From Eledone cirrhosa (lineage: Eukaryota), in contig OZ024748.1 of the NCBI GenBank assembly GCA_964016885.1, positions 18,600,001-18,664,000 on the forward strand: a stretch of DNA of 64,000 bases. Direction: 5' to 3'. Under the pieces are notes generated by a model. That model saw nothing but the letters and a program-made list of their open reading frames with translations. It made no database searches and was not told the origin of the DNA. A program made the position numbers and the translations under genes. This document shows, piece after piece, positions 39,406-59,545 of this stretch. Positions within the stretch are counted from its first letter, which is position 1; the number at the start of each line of letters is the position of its first letter.

Positions 39406-39799
39406 TTGATGATAATAATGCTGGTGTTTCTGCAGGGATTTCAGCCCCAGTATGTAGAGCTAGTAGTCACCCGCTTTTGATACCAAACCACCTAAAACCT
39501 ACCATATAGAAAAATTTCATTTATAAAATGTTTTTATTTATCTAAAAAAGGTGACAAATTGACTGCATATATTCTTACACATTTATATATTTACATATAC
39601 AGATTTCTCAAATACCTGTATATCTTCCAAGATTCCATAGAATTTATATTTTAAAGAATTTCTAACCTATTTAGCTTGGATGAGTTTCAGATAACTGAAT
39701 TAATTTAATTTATTATTCAGTAACGTTTCTATTGCATCTTGTCATTGCATTATTGAGCAATGTAACATATGTGTGCAGTGCCTAATAGTACTATTATTA

Positions 39800-41650
39800 T
39801 TGCAGTGGTTTGCCTTTCATCCTTATGGGGTCGATAAAATAAAGTACCAGTAATGTACTGGGTATTTGCTGGCCTTGTGCCAAAAGTAGAAACAATTATT
39901 GCAGTGGTTTGGCTGTATCGGTGGAGCGTCAGACACCATGCTTTGCAGCATAGTTATGGCCCTTTACGTTCTGAGTTCAAATCCCGCTGAGGTTAACTTT
40001 GCCTTTCATCCTTACAGGGTTGATAAAATAAAGTACCAGTAATGCACTGGGTAGTTGCTGGCCTTGTGCCAAAAGTAGAAACAATTATTGCAGTGGTTTG
40101 GCTGTATCGGTGGAGCGTCAGACACCATGCTTTGCAGCATAGTTATGGCCCTTTGCGTTCTGAGTTCAAATCCCGCTGAGGTTAACTTTGCCTTTCATCC
40201 TTACAGGGTCGATAAAATAAAGTACCAGTAATACACTGGGTTAATTGCTCGCCTTGTGCCAAAAATAGAAGCATTATTATTATTATTATTATTAGGGTGG
40301 TGGATTGGCAGTATCGGTAGAGGGTCGGACGCCATGCTTTCCAGCATAGTTACGTCCCTTTACGATCTGAGTTCAAATCCCGCCGAGGTTGACTTTGCCT
40401 TTCATCCTTACGGGGTCAATAAAATAAAGTACCAGTAATGCACTGGGTAATTGCTGGCCTTGTGCCTAAAGTAGAAACAATTATTATTATTATTATTATT
40501 ATTATTAAATTGCTGGTTTTGTGGCTAAATTAGAAATTGGTTGAATCGATAGAGCACCAGACAACATGCTGTGCAGCAAAGAGTTCAGCTCTTTATATTG
40601 TGAGTTTAAACCCTGCCGAGGTTAGCTTTGCCTCTAATCCTTACAGGGTGGATAAAATCAAATCCCAGTAATGCACTGGAATTGATTTAACCCCCCCCCC
40701 CCCCCAAGAATGTTGGCCTTGTGCCTCAATCAGAACCGGACACGATGCTTTGCAGCTGAGAGTTATGGCCCTTTACGTTCTGAGTTCAAATCCCGCTAAG
40801 GTTAGCTTTGCCGCCTTTCATCCTTACGGGGTCGATAAAATAAAGCACCAGTAAGACACTGGGGTCGATTTAATCGACTTTCCCCCTCCCCCTAAAAATT
40901 GCTGACCTTGTTCCTATAGTAGGAACTATTATTGTTGCTATCAAAACACCACTAACAACAAAGCTGAAATAATGTCCTTCGAGCTATCAAGTCATTTTTG
41001 GCATCCATATAAGATGGAGAGAAAATACGATGAGGAAATGCAATGACATGTCATATAAATATATAACTTAACACTCTGAAAATATATTAATAGATACTTA
41101 TTTCCAATATGCTAATGGATTTTCATTTTCAACCTATTATGAAAATCGTTAAATTAAAGAAATTTAAAAAAACAATCAACATCAACAATAATGATGATGA
41201 TGATGATGCTGATTTCTACTTTTGGCACAAGGCCAGCAATTTAGATGAAGGGGGGAAAGTTGATTAAATCGACCCCAGTACTTGATTGGTACTTTAATAA
41301 TGACAATAATAATTGTTCCTACTTTTGGCACAAGGCCAGCAATTTCCCCAGTGCATTACTGGTACTTTATTTTATCGACCCCCGTAAGGATGAACGGCAA
41401 AGTTAACCACGACAGGATTTGAACTCGGATCATAAAGGGCCGTTTCTATGCTACAAAGCATGGCGTTTGACCCACTACCGATATTGCCAACCCACCACCC
41501 TGATAATAATAATAATAATAATAATAATAATAGCTTCTACTTTTGGCTCAAGGCCAGCAATTTAGAAGGGAGGGAAGAGTGGATTAAATCAATCCCAGTG
41601 TGTTACTGGGACTTTTTTTATCGACCCCACAAGGGTGAATGCCAAACTTA
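39800..41650. mobile_element. Cluster of SINE B copies: about 6 head-to-tail on + (39800-40930), about 3 on - (41212-41650)
   Basis: The B consensus is repeated; 39900-40088 and 40089-40272 are near-identical tandem units. Confidence 0.9.
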
Positions 41651-42374
41651 ATGAAAAGCAAACCCTAGCACTTACATATATATACAACAGAGAGAATAAC
41701 ACATCCTATAAAAAGTACTTTCAATGTAATAGAACCAACACTGCACTTAGTCAAGGCTCACAAAGCTATGCTCGATAATGCACTGACAGCATGAAGTGAA
41801 AGTAATGTTAATAATAACAATGACAATAATAATGTTTGTTTACTTTCTTGCTTGGCAACAGTTGCCATAGTTGTTGTTGTTGATGATAATGAATGATAAT
41901 TAGAATGGTGAAGTAAAAATAACCAAATATAGTGAGACATAATGATTGAGTGAGGAAGAAAAACCCCAGAAATTATATTTATTATTTAAAAGATAATTAA
42001 AACTAGGTTAATGTCAGGGCCATGCCCAACTTATGATACTAAATATTATTTGTATAGCTAGTAGTTAGAAGTATATAAATATATAAAGTAAATACTGCCA
42101 GTGTACTAAAACATATTTATATATAAGTATGTATATGTACATACATATATGTATACAGAAATACAGTAGTATGTATATATATATATATACATACATGCAC
42201 ACATATATATATGTATGTATGGATTCACCGAACATTTATTATAATACTTGGTTTGTTTGTAAACAAACATCCCGAATTAGTACACTGACAAAGGAACGCT
42301 GTACTAGTTTCAAGCTTATTAGCTTCTGAAAGTATATACTTTCCTTATGCATATTAGTCATGACTTGGCAAGCT

Positions 42375-42601
42375 ATTTAGAACACTGGTTTAACCGCTTT
42401 ACTTCCCTCTGAAGAAGAGATATTATCTCGAAAATTAAGGACATTTAAATAAATCTAAGGTAAAAGACTAATTGTCAACAATATCTTTTGCATTTGCATT
42501 CTTTATTCTATGTCCATACCTGCATTGTTTTGGCTTTATTATACATATCCAAACGTTTATACCTCATTACACAATGCTTCAAGTGAACTATAACCTCCTC
42601 C
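42375..42601 (+). mobile_element. Hammerhead element, collinear form (motif at 42404-42441)
   Basis: CCCT-CTGAAGA-A-GAGAT-ATT-ATCTC-GAAA-ATT-AAGG; ends in ..AACCTCCTCC followed by (TA)n, as at 19671. Confidence 0.75.
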
Positions 42602-43250
42602 ATATATATGTGTATATGTATATATATATATATGTGTATATGTATATATATATATATATGTGTATATGTATATATATATATATGTGTATATGTATATATA
42701 TATATATGGGTATATGTATATATATATATATGGGTATATGTATATATATATATATGTGTATATGTATATATATATGTGTATATGTATATATATATGTGTA
42801 TATGTATATATATGTGTATATGTATATATATATGTGTATATGTATATATATATGGGTATATGTATATATATATATATATGGGTATATGTATATATATATA
42901 TATGGGTATATGTATATATATATATATGGGTATATATATATATATGGGTATATGTATATATATATATATGGGTATATGTATATATATATATATGGGTATA
43001 TGTATATATATATATATGGGTATATGTATATATATATATATATATGGGTATATGTATATATATATATATATGGGTATATGTATATATATATATATGGGTA
43101 TATGTATATATATATATATATGGGTATATGTATATATATATATATGTGTATATGTATATATATATATATGTGTATATGTATATATATATATATGTGTATA
43201 TGAATATATATATATATGTGTATATGTATATATATATATATGTGTATATG

Positions 43251-43303
<53 letters not shown>

Positions 43304-43312
43304 GTGTATATG

Positions 43313-43346
<34 letters not shown>

Positions 43347-43424
43347 TATATGTGTGTATATATATGTGTATATATATATATGTGTATATGTATATATATA
43401 TATATGTGTATATATATATATATA

Positions 43425-43487
<63 letters not shown>

Positions 43488-43529
43488 ATATATATATATA
43501 TGTGTATATATATATATGTGTATATATAT
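42602..43529. repeat. (TA)n array with TGTG/TGGG variant units
   Basis: Read directly from the sequence. Confidence 0.95.
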
Positions 43530-43544
43530 GAAAAGCAAACCCTA

Positions 43545-43738
43545 GCCGTGTAGGCAACACGGTAAAAACCTCCCAGACCCACACTGTAAATGTGGTTGGT
43601 GTTAGGAAGGGCATCCAACTGTAGAAAACCTGCCAGACAGTCCTATGCGAGCAAGAAAATCACTCTTGCCTCAAGTGGGACTACCCCCGTCCAAACCCAT
43701 GCAAGCATGGAACACGGACGTTAAGCGTTGATGATGAT
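43545..43738 (+). mobile_element. Family C 3' part between TA arrays
   Basis: Matches 12735-12930. Confidence 0.85.
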
Positions 43739-50060
<6,322 letters not shown>

Positions 50061-50264
50061 TTAAACAATTAAGTTAAAAGTGTACATCTACATATGTATA
50101 CGGAAATATTAGTATGCATATAAATACACACATGTATACATATGTACATGTACTGAGTTTTTCACTGGACACTTTACTGTGAGTGTCCAGCTAGTCTGTA
50201 TTTATATGCATACTAATATTTCTGTAGACATATGTAGATGTACACTTTTAACTTAATTGTTTAA
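50061..50264. repeat. Inverted repeat (~70-bp arms) with a hairpin in the spacer
   Basis: TTAAACAATTAAGTTAAAAGTGTACATC.. / ..GATGTACACTTTTAACTTAATTGTTTAA; inner CTGGACACT/AGTGTCCAG. Confidence 0.85.
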
Positions 50265-50689
50265 GCGACAGTCATACAAAAGTGAGTTAGAAGCGAAACA
50301 AAATTTAATTTCGTTTCGTTATTTGTTTTTATATACATATTTATATATGTATATACATATATGTGTGTGTATATATGTATATGTGTGTATATATATTTAT
50401 ATGCGTATATATATATATATATGTATATGTGTGTATATATATTTATGTGTGTATATATGTGTATATATATATTTGTGTGTATATATATATACATATGTCT
50501 GATATATATATATATCATCATCACCGTTTTACGTCCGTTCTTCCACGCTAGCATGGGTTAGACGGGTTGTCCTGTTGTGGGCAGTGTCTGGTCGGCTGAC
50601 CATGCCTTGCTCATACAGGAACTGATCTGGCTTATATATATGGCATATATATATATATATATATATTTGTGTGTGTATATATATATATA

Positions 50690-51048
50690 TGGGTTAGTGG
50701 TTAGAGCATTGGCACATGGCTTAGTGGTTAGAGCATTGGCCTTGCAATCGAAAGGTTGTGAGTTCAATTCTCAGACCGGCTGATGTGTTATTTCCTTGAG
50801 CAAGACGCTTTATATCACATTGCTCCAGTTTACTCAGCTGTAGAAATGAGATGATAGGGACTGGGGTCCCTATCATCCCACTGCAAAGTGGTCGTGGAGG
50901 TGCCACGGCACAAAAGCACCCATCACTCACTGTAAATGAGGTTGGTGTTAGGAAGGGCATCCAGCTGTAGAAATCAAGCCAGAATCAGTTCCCGTCCCAC
51001 CCTTGCAAGCAGGGAAAAGCGGGCGTGAAATGAAATGATGAAAATGAT
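50690..51048 (+). mobile_element. SINE family A with a duplicated A-box region
   Basis: TTAGTGGTTAGAGCATTGGC occurs twice; the body matches 29184 and 58286. Confidence 0.9.
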
Positions 51049-51291
51049 TATATTTATATGCGTATGTATATGTGTATATATGTATATGTGTGTGTATGTG
51101 TGTATATATATATATATATATAATCTGTGTACTCCCCGCTGTCCCTCCAATACTGTTTTGATGTCTTTTCCATTCATCTTTCCAGTGTCTGTTCATTGAT
51201 GGAAATAATAATTACAGCTGACACATTGTCTCTTCTGAAATAACAAACTGTTTAATTGAAGCAGTGTGTGAGGGGGGGGGGGTATCTATAG

Positions 51292-51328
<37 letters not shown>

Positions 51329-51894
51329 AGTGAAAGTGTGTGTCTATGTATATATATAAATGTGTGTTTGTGTTGAAGATATTAAGTGACAATCCAATTG
51401 ATTAGATTTCACTCTTGTATGTATGTATGTGTGTGTCAGTGTATATATGTGTCAGTGTAGGTGTGTGTGTCAGTGAAGGTGTGTGTAGGTATAGGTTCAT
51501 CTGTGTGTATTTTGGTGTATATATATCTGTGTGTGTTAAAAATGTTTGTTAAAAATATTGACCAGATCCCTTACTGTATGTATGTGTGTGTGTAGGTTCG
51601 TGTGTGTGTGTGTGTGTGTATGTGTGTTGTTGAAGATATTAAATGACAATTTATCTGATTTCCCACTCCCTCCTGTTTATATCAAATCAAATATCAAATG
51701 TTGTCTACACTATCTGCTGCTGATGGTCTATTTATAAACTCTGCTATCTCTCAATCAGTAATTAACTTTATTGACATTCTCATTGAAGAGAAAAGCGTGA
51801 ATTGGAAAGGTTACTACTGTGAAGAATCAAATCTAACTCTTATGTCCACTCTACCTATGAAATCATAAATGAAATGAAATTTACAGCTCACACC

Positions 51895-52860
51895 TATATA
51901 CAGGTTTAGCTAGCCTACTATCAGGCTCTGTCATATAGGAACTTTCTCTGGGGTTTTAATGATAGGGGCCCCAGTATTATCATATATACACATATATGCT
52001 GTTATATATACAGGTTTAGCTGGCCTCCTATGAACTTTCTCCGGGGTTTTAGTGATAGGGGCCCCAGTATTATCATATATACACATATATGCTGTTATAT
52101 ATACAGGTTTAGCTGGCCTCCTATGAGGCTGTATCTCATAGGAACTTTCTCCAGGGTTTTAGTGATAAGGGCCCCAGTATTATCATATAAACACATATAT
52201 GCTGTTATATATACAGGTTTAGCTGGCTTCCTATGAGGCTGTATTTCATAGGAACTTTCTCCGGGGTTTTAGTGATAGGGGCCCCAGTATTATCATATAA
52301 ACACATATATGCTGTTATATATACAGGTTTAGCTGGCCTCCTATGAGGCTGTATCTCATAGGAACTTTTTCTGGGGTTTTAATGATAGGGGCCTCAGTAT
52401 TATCATATATACACATAGATACTGTTATATATACAGGTTTAGCTGGCCTCCTATGAGGCTGTATTTCATAGGAACTTTTTCTGGGGTTTTAATGATAGGG
52501 GCCTCAGTGTTATCATACATGTATATCTGCTGTTGTTACAGCTTACACCTATATGCAAGTTTATCTGGCCTCCTATGAAGTATCTTGTAGGATGTTTCTT
52601 GAATATTTTGATGATAGGGGCTGCTATACAATCACACACACACTTACTTATGTTCAAGACTATCTGGCCTCCTGTGAAGTTGTATCTTGTAGGGGGTTTC
52701 TCTGGTGTTTTAATGTTCACAATACTATCATACACACATAGACATCGATGTTGTTACAACTCACACCTTTATGCAAGTTTAGCTGGCTTTCCATGAGGTT
52801 GCGTTTCATAGAAGGTTTCTTCAATGTTTTAATGTTAGGAAGCCCAGGTCTTATCATGGG
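51895..52860. repeat. 110-bp tandem repeat: 6 conserved plus about 3 degenerate units
   Basis: CAGGTTTAGC at 51901, 52011, 52104, 52214, 52324 and 52434. Confidence 0.9.
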
Positions 52861-53817
52861 AAGCAATGCACAATGAAGCACCTTGCTCATGAAACCTCTG
52901 TATATGATAATTACAGTTGTCAGCTGCTGATATGCCAACCAGTCACAATTTCAATAGCAGACACCATACAGTCTATTTCTAAAAGATACGACCTATATAT
53001 GGCAATTCCAATAACAGACACCATACAGTCTATTTCTAACAGATACCACCTATATATGGCAATTACAGGTTTCCAGTGCAGATATGTCAGCCAGTCACAA
53101 TTCCAACAGCAGATACCATATATGCAAACACCAGATTTTAGACTGAAGATCTGAATTGATCGTGCCAGTACATGCTTTCAACTGTACACCACATCATTAT
53201 TTACACTATCCTGAGAGGAGCTCTGATGCAGCTGGATCACAGTTGAGTTCACCTCATGGAGAGTGGGACCAACTCAACGGAGGGGCCTTTTGAGTAGGAG
53301 CTGTTGTTGGAGGAGAAATTCAGTGTTGGCCATGGTTACAACACCAATCAAACATATCTGATTATTTAATCTTCATGTTATAGCTTTCCTCAAACTCAGC
53401 TTATCAATAATACTCAACAACAACTACAACAAAAAAAAATTCAAAAATAATTTTAACCAGATAATGACTTGATTGTCAAAGGTGGAATTTTTCTTTATTT
53501 TTTATCTCAACAATCTTTTATTCAATTGCTATGGCTGTAAAATATTGATGAGAGAGAAGGTGGTGTGTGTATATGTGGTGTAATGAGGGTGGGGGTGGGG
53601 AGTCAATTCTATTGACTATACAGCCCCACCATCAATGCCACCATCATCACCTCAACACTCCTTGGAAAGATGTGAAGTTGAAATAATAATAATTGCTGTG
53701 GTGAATAATTAATTAAAAGTTGACAGTTCATTGTTAATTAGCAAATTAATAAACACGACCACACCAAAATACACAATAGTTGTAAAACTATTACAAAGAT
53801 AACAAAAATCAAAGAGG

Positions 53818-53851
<34 letters not shown>

Positions 53852-54187
53852 ATGTATTATTTTTATCATCATTTTTTTTTATCTCTTTCTTCCATGATGG
53901 CCTGGACTGGACAAATACTTGAAAGGTTTTCAGTAAGTCCATCCCACACCTCCCAAGACAGGTTGTAGGCCCATTGCCAGTTTTTACAGTTTTAGATAGA
54001 CTGCAATATATATTTCAAAGTGGTCTCTCTAACTAAGACCTGAATATATCCCTTGTTAACCCACATGAAGGATGATTGTGGTCATGGTTGCTTTTATTGA
54101 ATCTGACCATCACTGCAAGTTTTGGTCGTCTTATTTGTGCGAGTCACCAATTTGCTGATTTTTCTCAGACAATTAGAACTATGTTAA

Positions 54188-54392
54188 CCCTTTAGCATAT
54201 CCGGCCAGAATTCTCTCACCTCTTTCTGTTGAAACTGGCTGTAACCAGTTACTCATACCTATTTTAAGGTATTGTTCTCAAAATAGATATCAAAATCACG
54301 TAGATTCGATATTATATGAGATAATTATGTGAGGTAAAGCCTTTACTGTGAAAATACAATAGTAAATATAGAGTAATGTGAATACTAAAGGA
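54188..54392. mobile_element. TTAA-flanked MITE (piggyBac-like)
   Basis: TTAA|CCCTTTAG...CTAAAGGA|TTAA; reverse complement of 61196-61392. Confidence 0.75.
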
Positions 54393-55151
54393 TTAAAGAT
54401 ATACATGTGTCGCCTGTGGAGTGCTTAGCCACTTACCCATTAATTTCACAAGCAGGTTGTCCCATACAACTAGGACACTCATTGTCAGAATCTATGGGGA
54501 TCTAACGGCTACAATAACAACAACAGCAACAACAATTGTACAAATGTAATTATGTGGAAGACTTTGAAACTGATAGTGGCCCAAATGGATAGCTTTGTTG
54601 TTATAGTTAGTGACCTTAAGAAAACACTAGAATTGTTCAAACCCCTCTCTCACTCTTGTGGCTTTGAGGTGTCTGGTCATGTCTCTGGTGAGGTTTCACT
54701 ACTACTACTACTACTACCAGCACACCATCACTCCACCACCACAACCCGCCATCATAACCCTCCACCACAACACACTACCACACCACAACACCACACTACA
54801 AACACACACACACACACACCTTATCATCATCAACACGACCACCAGAGCTCCACCACCACCAAACACAGACCAAAATAAAAGCAAACCAATGTGAAAATTA
54901 ACCTGTTATATAAAGAAATATCTATCTATCTGTCTATCTATCAATTTATCTATCTATCTGTCTATTTTCTAATTTATCTATCTATCTATTATTAAACTTT
55001 ATTTTATTCTGAGTTTGAATTATTTTCCCATATCTTACGTTAATTATTTTCCATTTTGACGTTATAGTCACTTATATATTATGAAATACTGTTGGCTTCT
55101 TGCTCACATTAATTTCTATATTTTCATTTATATCTATTATATATATATATA

Positions 55152-58014
55152 GGGGGAGTAGGCATTTTCCTGGCTGAGAAATGGATCAATAAGACAATAG
55201 AGGTAGTTCGAGTTAGTAATCAAATAATTAAGCTTAGATTAGTTGTAGGTAGGAGACTACTGACAATCATCTCGGTCTATGCTCCCCAAGCAGGCCTAGG
55301 CAAAGATGAGAAAGACTGCTTTTATGAGCAACTTTTGCAAACAACCACAATGACAGAGGACGGAGACATCGTTATGCTAGCAGGAGACTTCAATGGTCAT
55401 GTTGGACAGCTCCAGGATGGTTACACTGGGGTACATGGTGGGCATGGTTACGGTTCAAGAAATGAAGAAGGAGTGAGACTTCTTGAATTTTGTGATGCAA
55501 GTACATTGACTATTTGCAACACAAACTTCCAGAAACCTGCCAATCACCTAATAACCTACAAATCTGGTGAGCACATAAGCCAGATTGACTTCCTGCTAGT
55601 TAGGCAGCGGGACAGGCAGATAGTGTCTAATACCAAGGCATACCCTGGGGAAGAATGTACCCCACAGCATAGGTTAGTTGTTAGTGATATCTCAGTAAGC
55701 AAGAGATGGAATGAGCCATATAGGAAGGTGTGGAGAAGAAAGGTCTGGAAGCTAAAAGACCTTTCACTAAAATTCAAATTTAGGAAAGCCCTTCAAGATG
55801 TATATGACGAAAAAGAAGACGATTTAGAGACGTATGACATAGATAATAACTGGAAGTTCTTACGTGACAACTTGCTGAAGGCTACTGATGAAACCTGTGG
55901 CTGGAGCAGAGCTCCAACCAGACAGAGAGTGACCTGGTGGTGGAACAGCAGTGTAGATAAGGCTATTAGAGACAAAAGACTAGCATGGAAGGCTTGGAAT
56001 AAGGGTGGGAGTAGGGAAGAATATACAGCCACTAAGAGAGAAGCTAGACGTCAGGTGTACTTAGCACGCAGGGAGGCAGAGAGTAGGAGGTTTGCCAATG
56101 TTCTGCGACGGGAAGATCAGAGGCGTGCGGTGTTCCACATTGCAAGGCAGTGTGTCAATGCAAATCAGGATGTTGTTGGAGATAAATGTGTCCGGGATGA
56201 TGCCGGTACTTAGTGTCACGAATGACCAGAAAAAGGAGGCCTGGAAATGTCATTATGAGAGACTGATGAATGTGGAGAACGAATGGGAGAGAGAGAAATT
56301 ACCCTTGGTAGATCCGACAGAGGGACCAGCTATTGAGATTGACGAATATAGGGTCCAAGAGGCGATTAGGGAAATGAAAAATGGTAAGGCGGCCGGACCA
56401 TCGGGAATAGTTGCTGAGATGCTGAAGGCATCAGGGGACGTAGGCACTAAACTGGTTGCACGCATAATCAATCAGGCTATATATGGTGGTGTCACACCCA
56501 AAGACTGGTGCAGCAGTATTCTCATAAATTGCTACAAAGGTAAAGGGGATGCTTTGGAGAGGAGCAATTATAGGGGTATAAAACTGATAGATCAGGTTAT
56601 GAAAGTGGCAGAAAGGATTTTAGCACAACTAATTAGAGAAAGGGTCAAACTAGATGAGATGCAGTTTGGTTTTGTGCCTGGGAAGAGTACAACAGATGCC
56701 CTCTTCTTGGTGAGACAAATGCAAGAGAGGTTCTTAGAGAAGAATAAGCCACTATACTTGGCCTTTGTTGACCTAGAGAAGGCCTTTGATAGGGTACCCC
56801 GATCTGTCATCTGGTGGTCCCTAAGGAAGCTGGGTGTTGAGGAATGGCTTGTAAGGACAGTGCAAACTTTGTACAGAGGTACTCTCAGTAAAGTCAGGGT
56901 AGGAATGGAGTTTAGTGAGGAATTCCAGATACAAGTAGGAGTACATCAGGGTTCGGTCCTCAGCCCGCTCTTGTTCATTATAGTCCTCCAAGCCATAACA
57001 GAGGAGTTTAAGACTGGCTGTCCATGGGAACTTCTCTATGCTGACGATCTGGCTCTTATGGCAGAATCAGTAGAGGAGCTAGAGAATAAATTCCGGCTAT
57101 GGAAACAGCAGTTGGAAGCAAGAGGACTGAGAGTAAATCTAGCTAAGACAAAAGTGTTGATGAGTAGAAAAGAGGACAAAACCCTGATTCCGTCAGGGAA
57201 ATGGCCATGTTCGATATGCAGAAAAGGAACTGGCATAAATTCTATAAAATGCACACAATGTAGGTCCTGGGTACACAAGAGATGTAGCGGGATAGCAGGC
57301 AAACTAACAGGTAGGGAGAAATATGTATGCAGTAGATGTACAGGGAAATTAGACAGTAGAAGTCGCACTGATAGACACATTTTTCAAATGCGAGAGGGCG
57401 CTATAGAAGTGGTGGATAGCTTCCGGTACCTAGGAGATCAGATTAGCATGGGAGGAGGGTGTTCCGAGGCCATAGTATCTAGAATAAGGACGGGTTGGAA
57501 GAAGTTTAGGGAGCTGCTTCCTCTGTTGACGAAGAAGGGTTTCTCCCTGCGTACGAAAGGCCGGTTGTATGATGCCTGTGTGAGGAGCGCGATGCTGCAT
57601 GGTAGTGAGACATGGGCAGCTACCGCAGAAGATATGCGACGGCTGGAGAGAAATGAGGCAAGCATGCTCCGTTGGATGTGCAGTGTAAATGTGCGTGAAC
57701 GACCCAGCATAAATGTGTTGAGAGAGAAACTGTGTCTGAGAGGGATAGAATGTAGTGTACGGGAGAGGAGACTGAGGTGGTATGGACATGTGATGCGCAT
57801 GGAGGATGACCGATGGGTGAAGAAGTGCCAGGAAATGCCAGTTGAAGGAAGATGTAGTAGAGGTAGACCACGAAAAACATGGGCGGAGGTGGTGAGAACA
57901 GACCTCAGATCATTGAAGCTCACGGTGGAGATGACGAGGGACCGTGACGAGTGGAGAGATGCTGTGCTGAATAAGACCCGTCCCACCCTTGCAAGCAGGG
58001 AAAAGCGGACGTAA
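55152..58014 (+). pseudogene. APE-RT polyprotein with a single frameshift near 56205-56213
   Basis: The frame is open 55152-56213 (..VRDDAGT*) and continues in the +1 frame (LSVTNDQKKEAW..) to TAA at 58014. Confidence 0.9.
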
Positions 58015-58030
58015 AATGATGATGATGATA
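55152..58030 (+). mobile_element. RTE-clade LINE, 5'-truncated within the endonuclease, (ATG)n tail, TA tracts on both sides
   Basis: APE motifs ISVYAPQ, GDFNGHVG, IDFLL, PQHRLV; RT motifs KAAGPSG, NYRGIKL, QFGF, DLEKAFD, QGSVLSP, YADD, YLG. Confidence 0.97.
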
Positions 58031-58285
58031 TATATATATATATATATATCATCATCATCATACGCCCGCCCTTCCCTGCTTGCAGGGAAGAGCGGATGTA
58101 AAATGTATAGTTATTATGTATAGTTATTATAATGTATAATTATTAATATATATATGTATATATATATATATATATATATAATGTATAGTTATTAATATAT
58201 ATATATATATAATGTATAGTTATTAATATATATATATATAATGTATAGTTATTAATATATATATATATAATGTATAGTTATTAAT

Positions 58286-58613
58286 GGAGGCACATGGCTT
58301 AGTGGTTAAAGCATTGGCCTTGCAATCGAAAGGTTGTGAGTTCAATTCTCAGACCGAGTGATGTGTTGTTTCCTTGAGCAAGACACTTTATTTCACATTG
58401 CTCCAGTTTTCTCAGCTGTAGAAATGGGGTCCCTATCATTCCACTGCAAAGTGGTCGTGGAGGTGCCACGACAAAAAAGCACCCAGCACTCACTGTAAAT
58501 GAGGTTGGTGTTAGGAAGGGCATCCAGCTGTAGAAATCAAGCCAGAATCAGTTCCCGTCCCACCCTTGCAAGCAGGGAAAAGTGGACGTAAAATGAAATG
58601 ATGAAATGATGAT
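58286..58613 (+). mobile_element. SINE family A
   Basis: Same head, body and RTE tail as 29184. Confidence 0.9.
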
Positions 58614-58821
58614 ATATATATATACATATCTCATGGTGTTGACCTACAGCAATCCTTTCATACATCTAAAGTAACTCACTTTAGATATATTGAAATATAT
58701 TGACTATATAGATTTATAACAGACTTTTACTGTTGCTTGAAATAAAAATACTTAACTCGTGGGAACCAGTTGATTTCTTCTCATCAATATATTATTATCA
58801 TTATTATAGTTATTGACAGTT

Positions 58822-59003
58822 GATTGGCAGTATCGGTAGAGGGTCGGACGCCATGCTTTCCAGCATAGTTACGTCCCTTTACGATCTGAGTTCAAATCCC
58901 GCCGAGGTTGACTTTGCCTTTCATCCTTACGGGGTCGATAAAATAAAGTACCAGTAATGCACTGGGTAATTGCTGGCCTTGTGCCTAAAGTAGAAACAAT
59001 TAT
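58822..59003 (+). mobile_element. Full-length SINE family B
   Basis: TGGCAGTATCGG A-box-like and GAGTTCAAATCCC B box; ATT tail. Confidence 0.9.
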
Positions 59004-59129
59004 TTACAATCCACACTGTATCATCCTGTACCATTTCCTTAATATGAGCCCTGTGTGACTAATAAAGAAATTATCATTATTATCATAGTTATTATTATCA
59101 TTATTAATGTTGTAGTTATTATTATTATT

Positions 59130-59545
59130 GGATTAGCAGAAATGTTAGCACGTCAGACAAATTACTTCTGGTCCTTTACATTCTGAGTACAAATCTCACC
59201 AAGATTAACTTTGCCTTTCATTCTTACAAGGTCAATAAAATATGATACCAATAATACACTGGGACTGATAAAATATAGTACCAGTAATACACTAGGATTG
59301 ATAAAATATAGTACCAGTAATACACTAGGATTGATAAAATATAGTACCAGTAATACACTAGGACTGATAAAATATAGTTCCAATAATACACTAGGATTGA
59401 TAAAATATAGTACCAGTAATACACTAGGATTGATAAAATATAGTACCAGTAATACACTAGGATTGATAAAATATAGTACCAGTAATACACTAGGATTGAT
59501 AAAATATAGTTCCAATAATACACTAGGATTGATAAAATATAGTAT
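59130..59545 (+). repeat. SINE B head running into a 33-bp tandem repeat (about 9 copies)
   Basis: Unit GATAAAATATAGTACCAGTAATACACTAGGATT. Confidence 0.9.
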
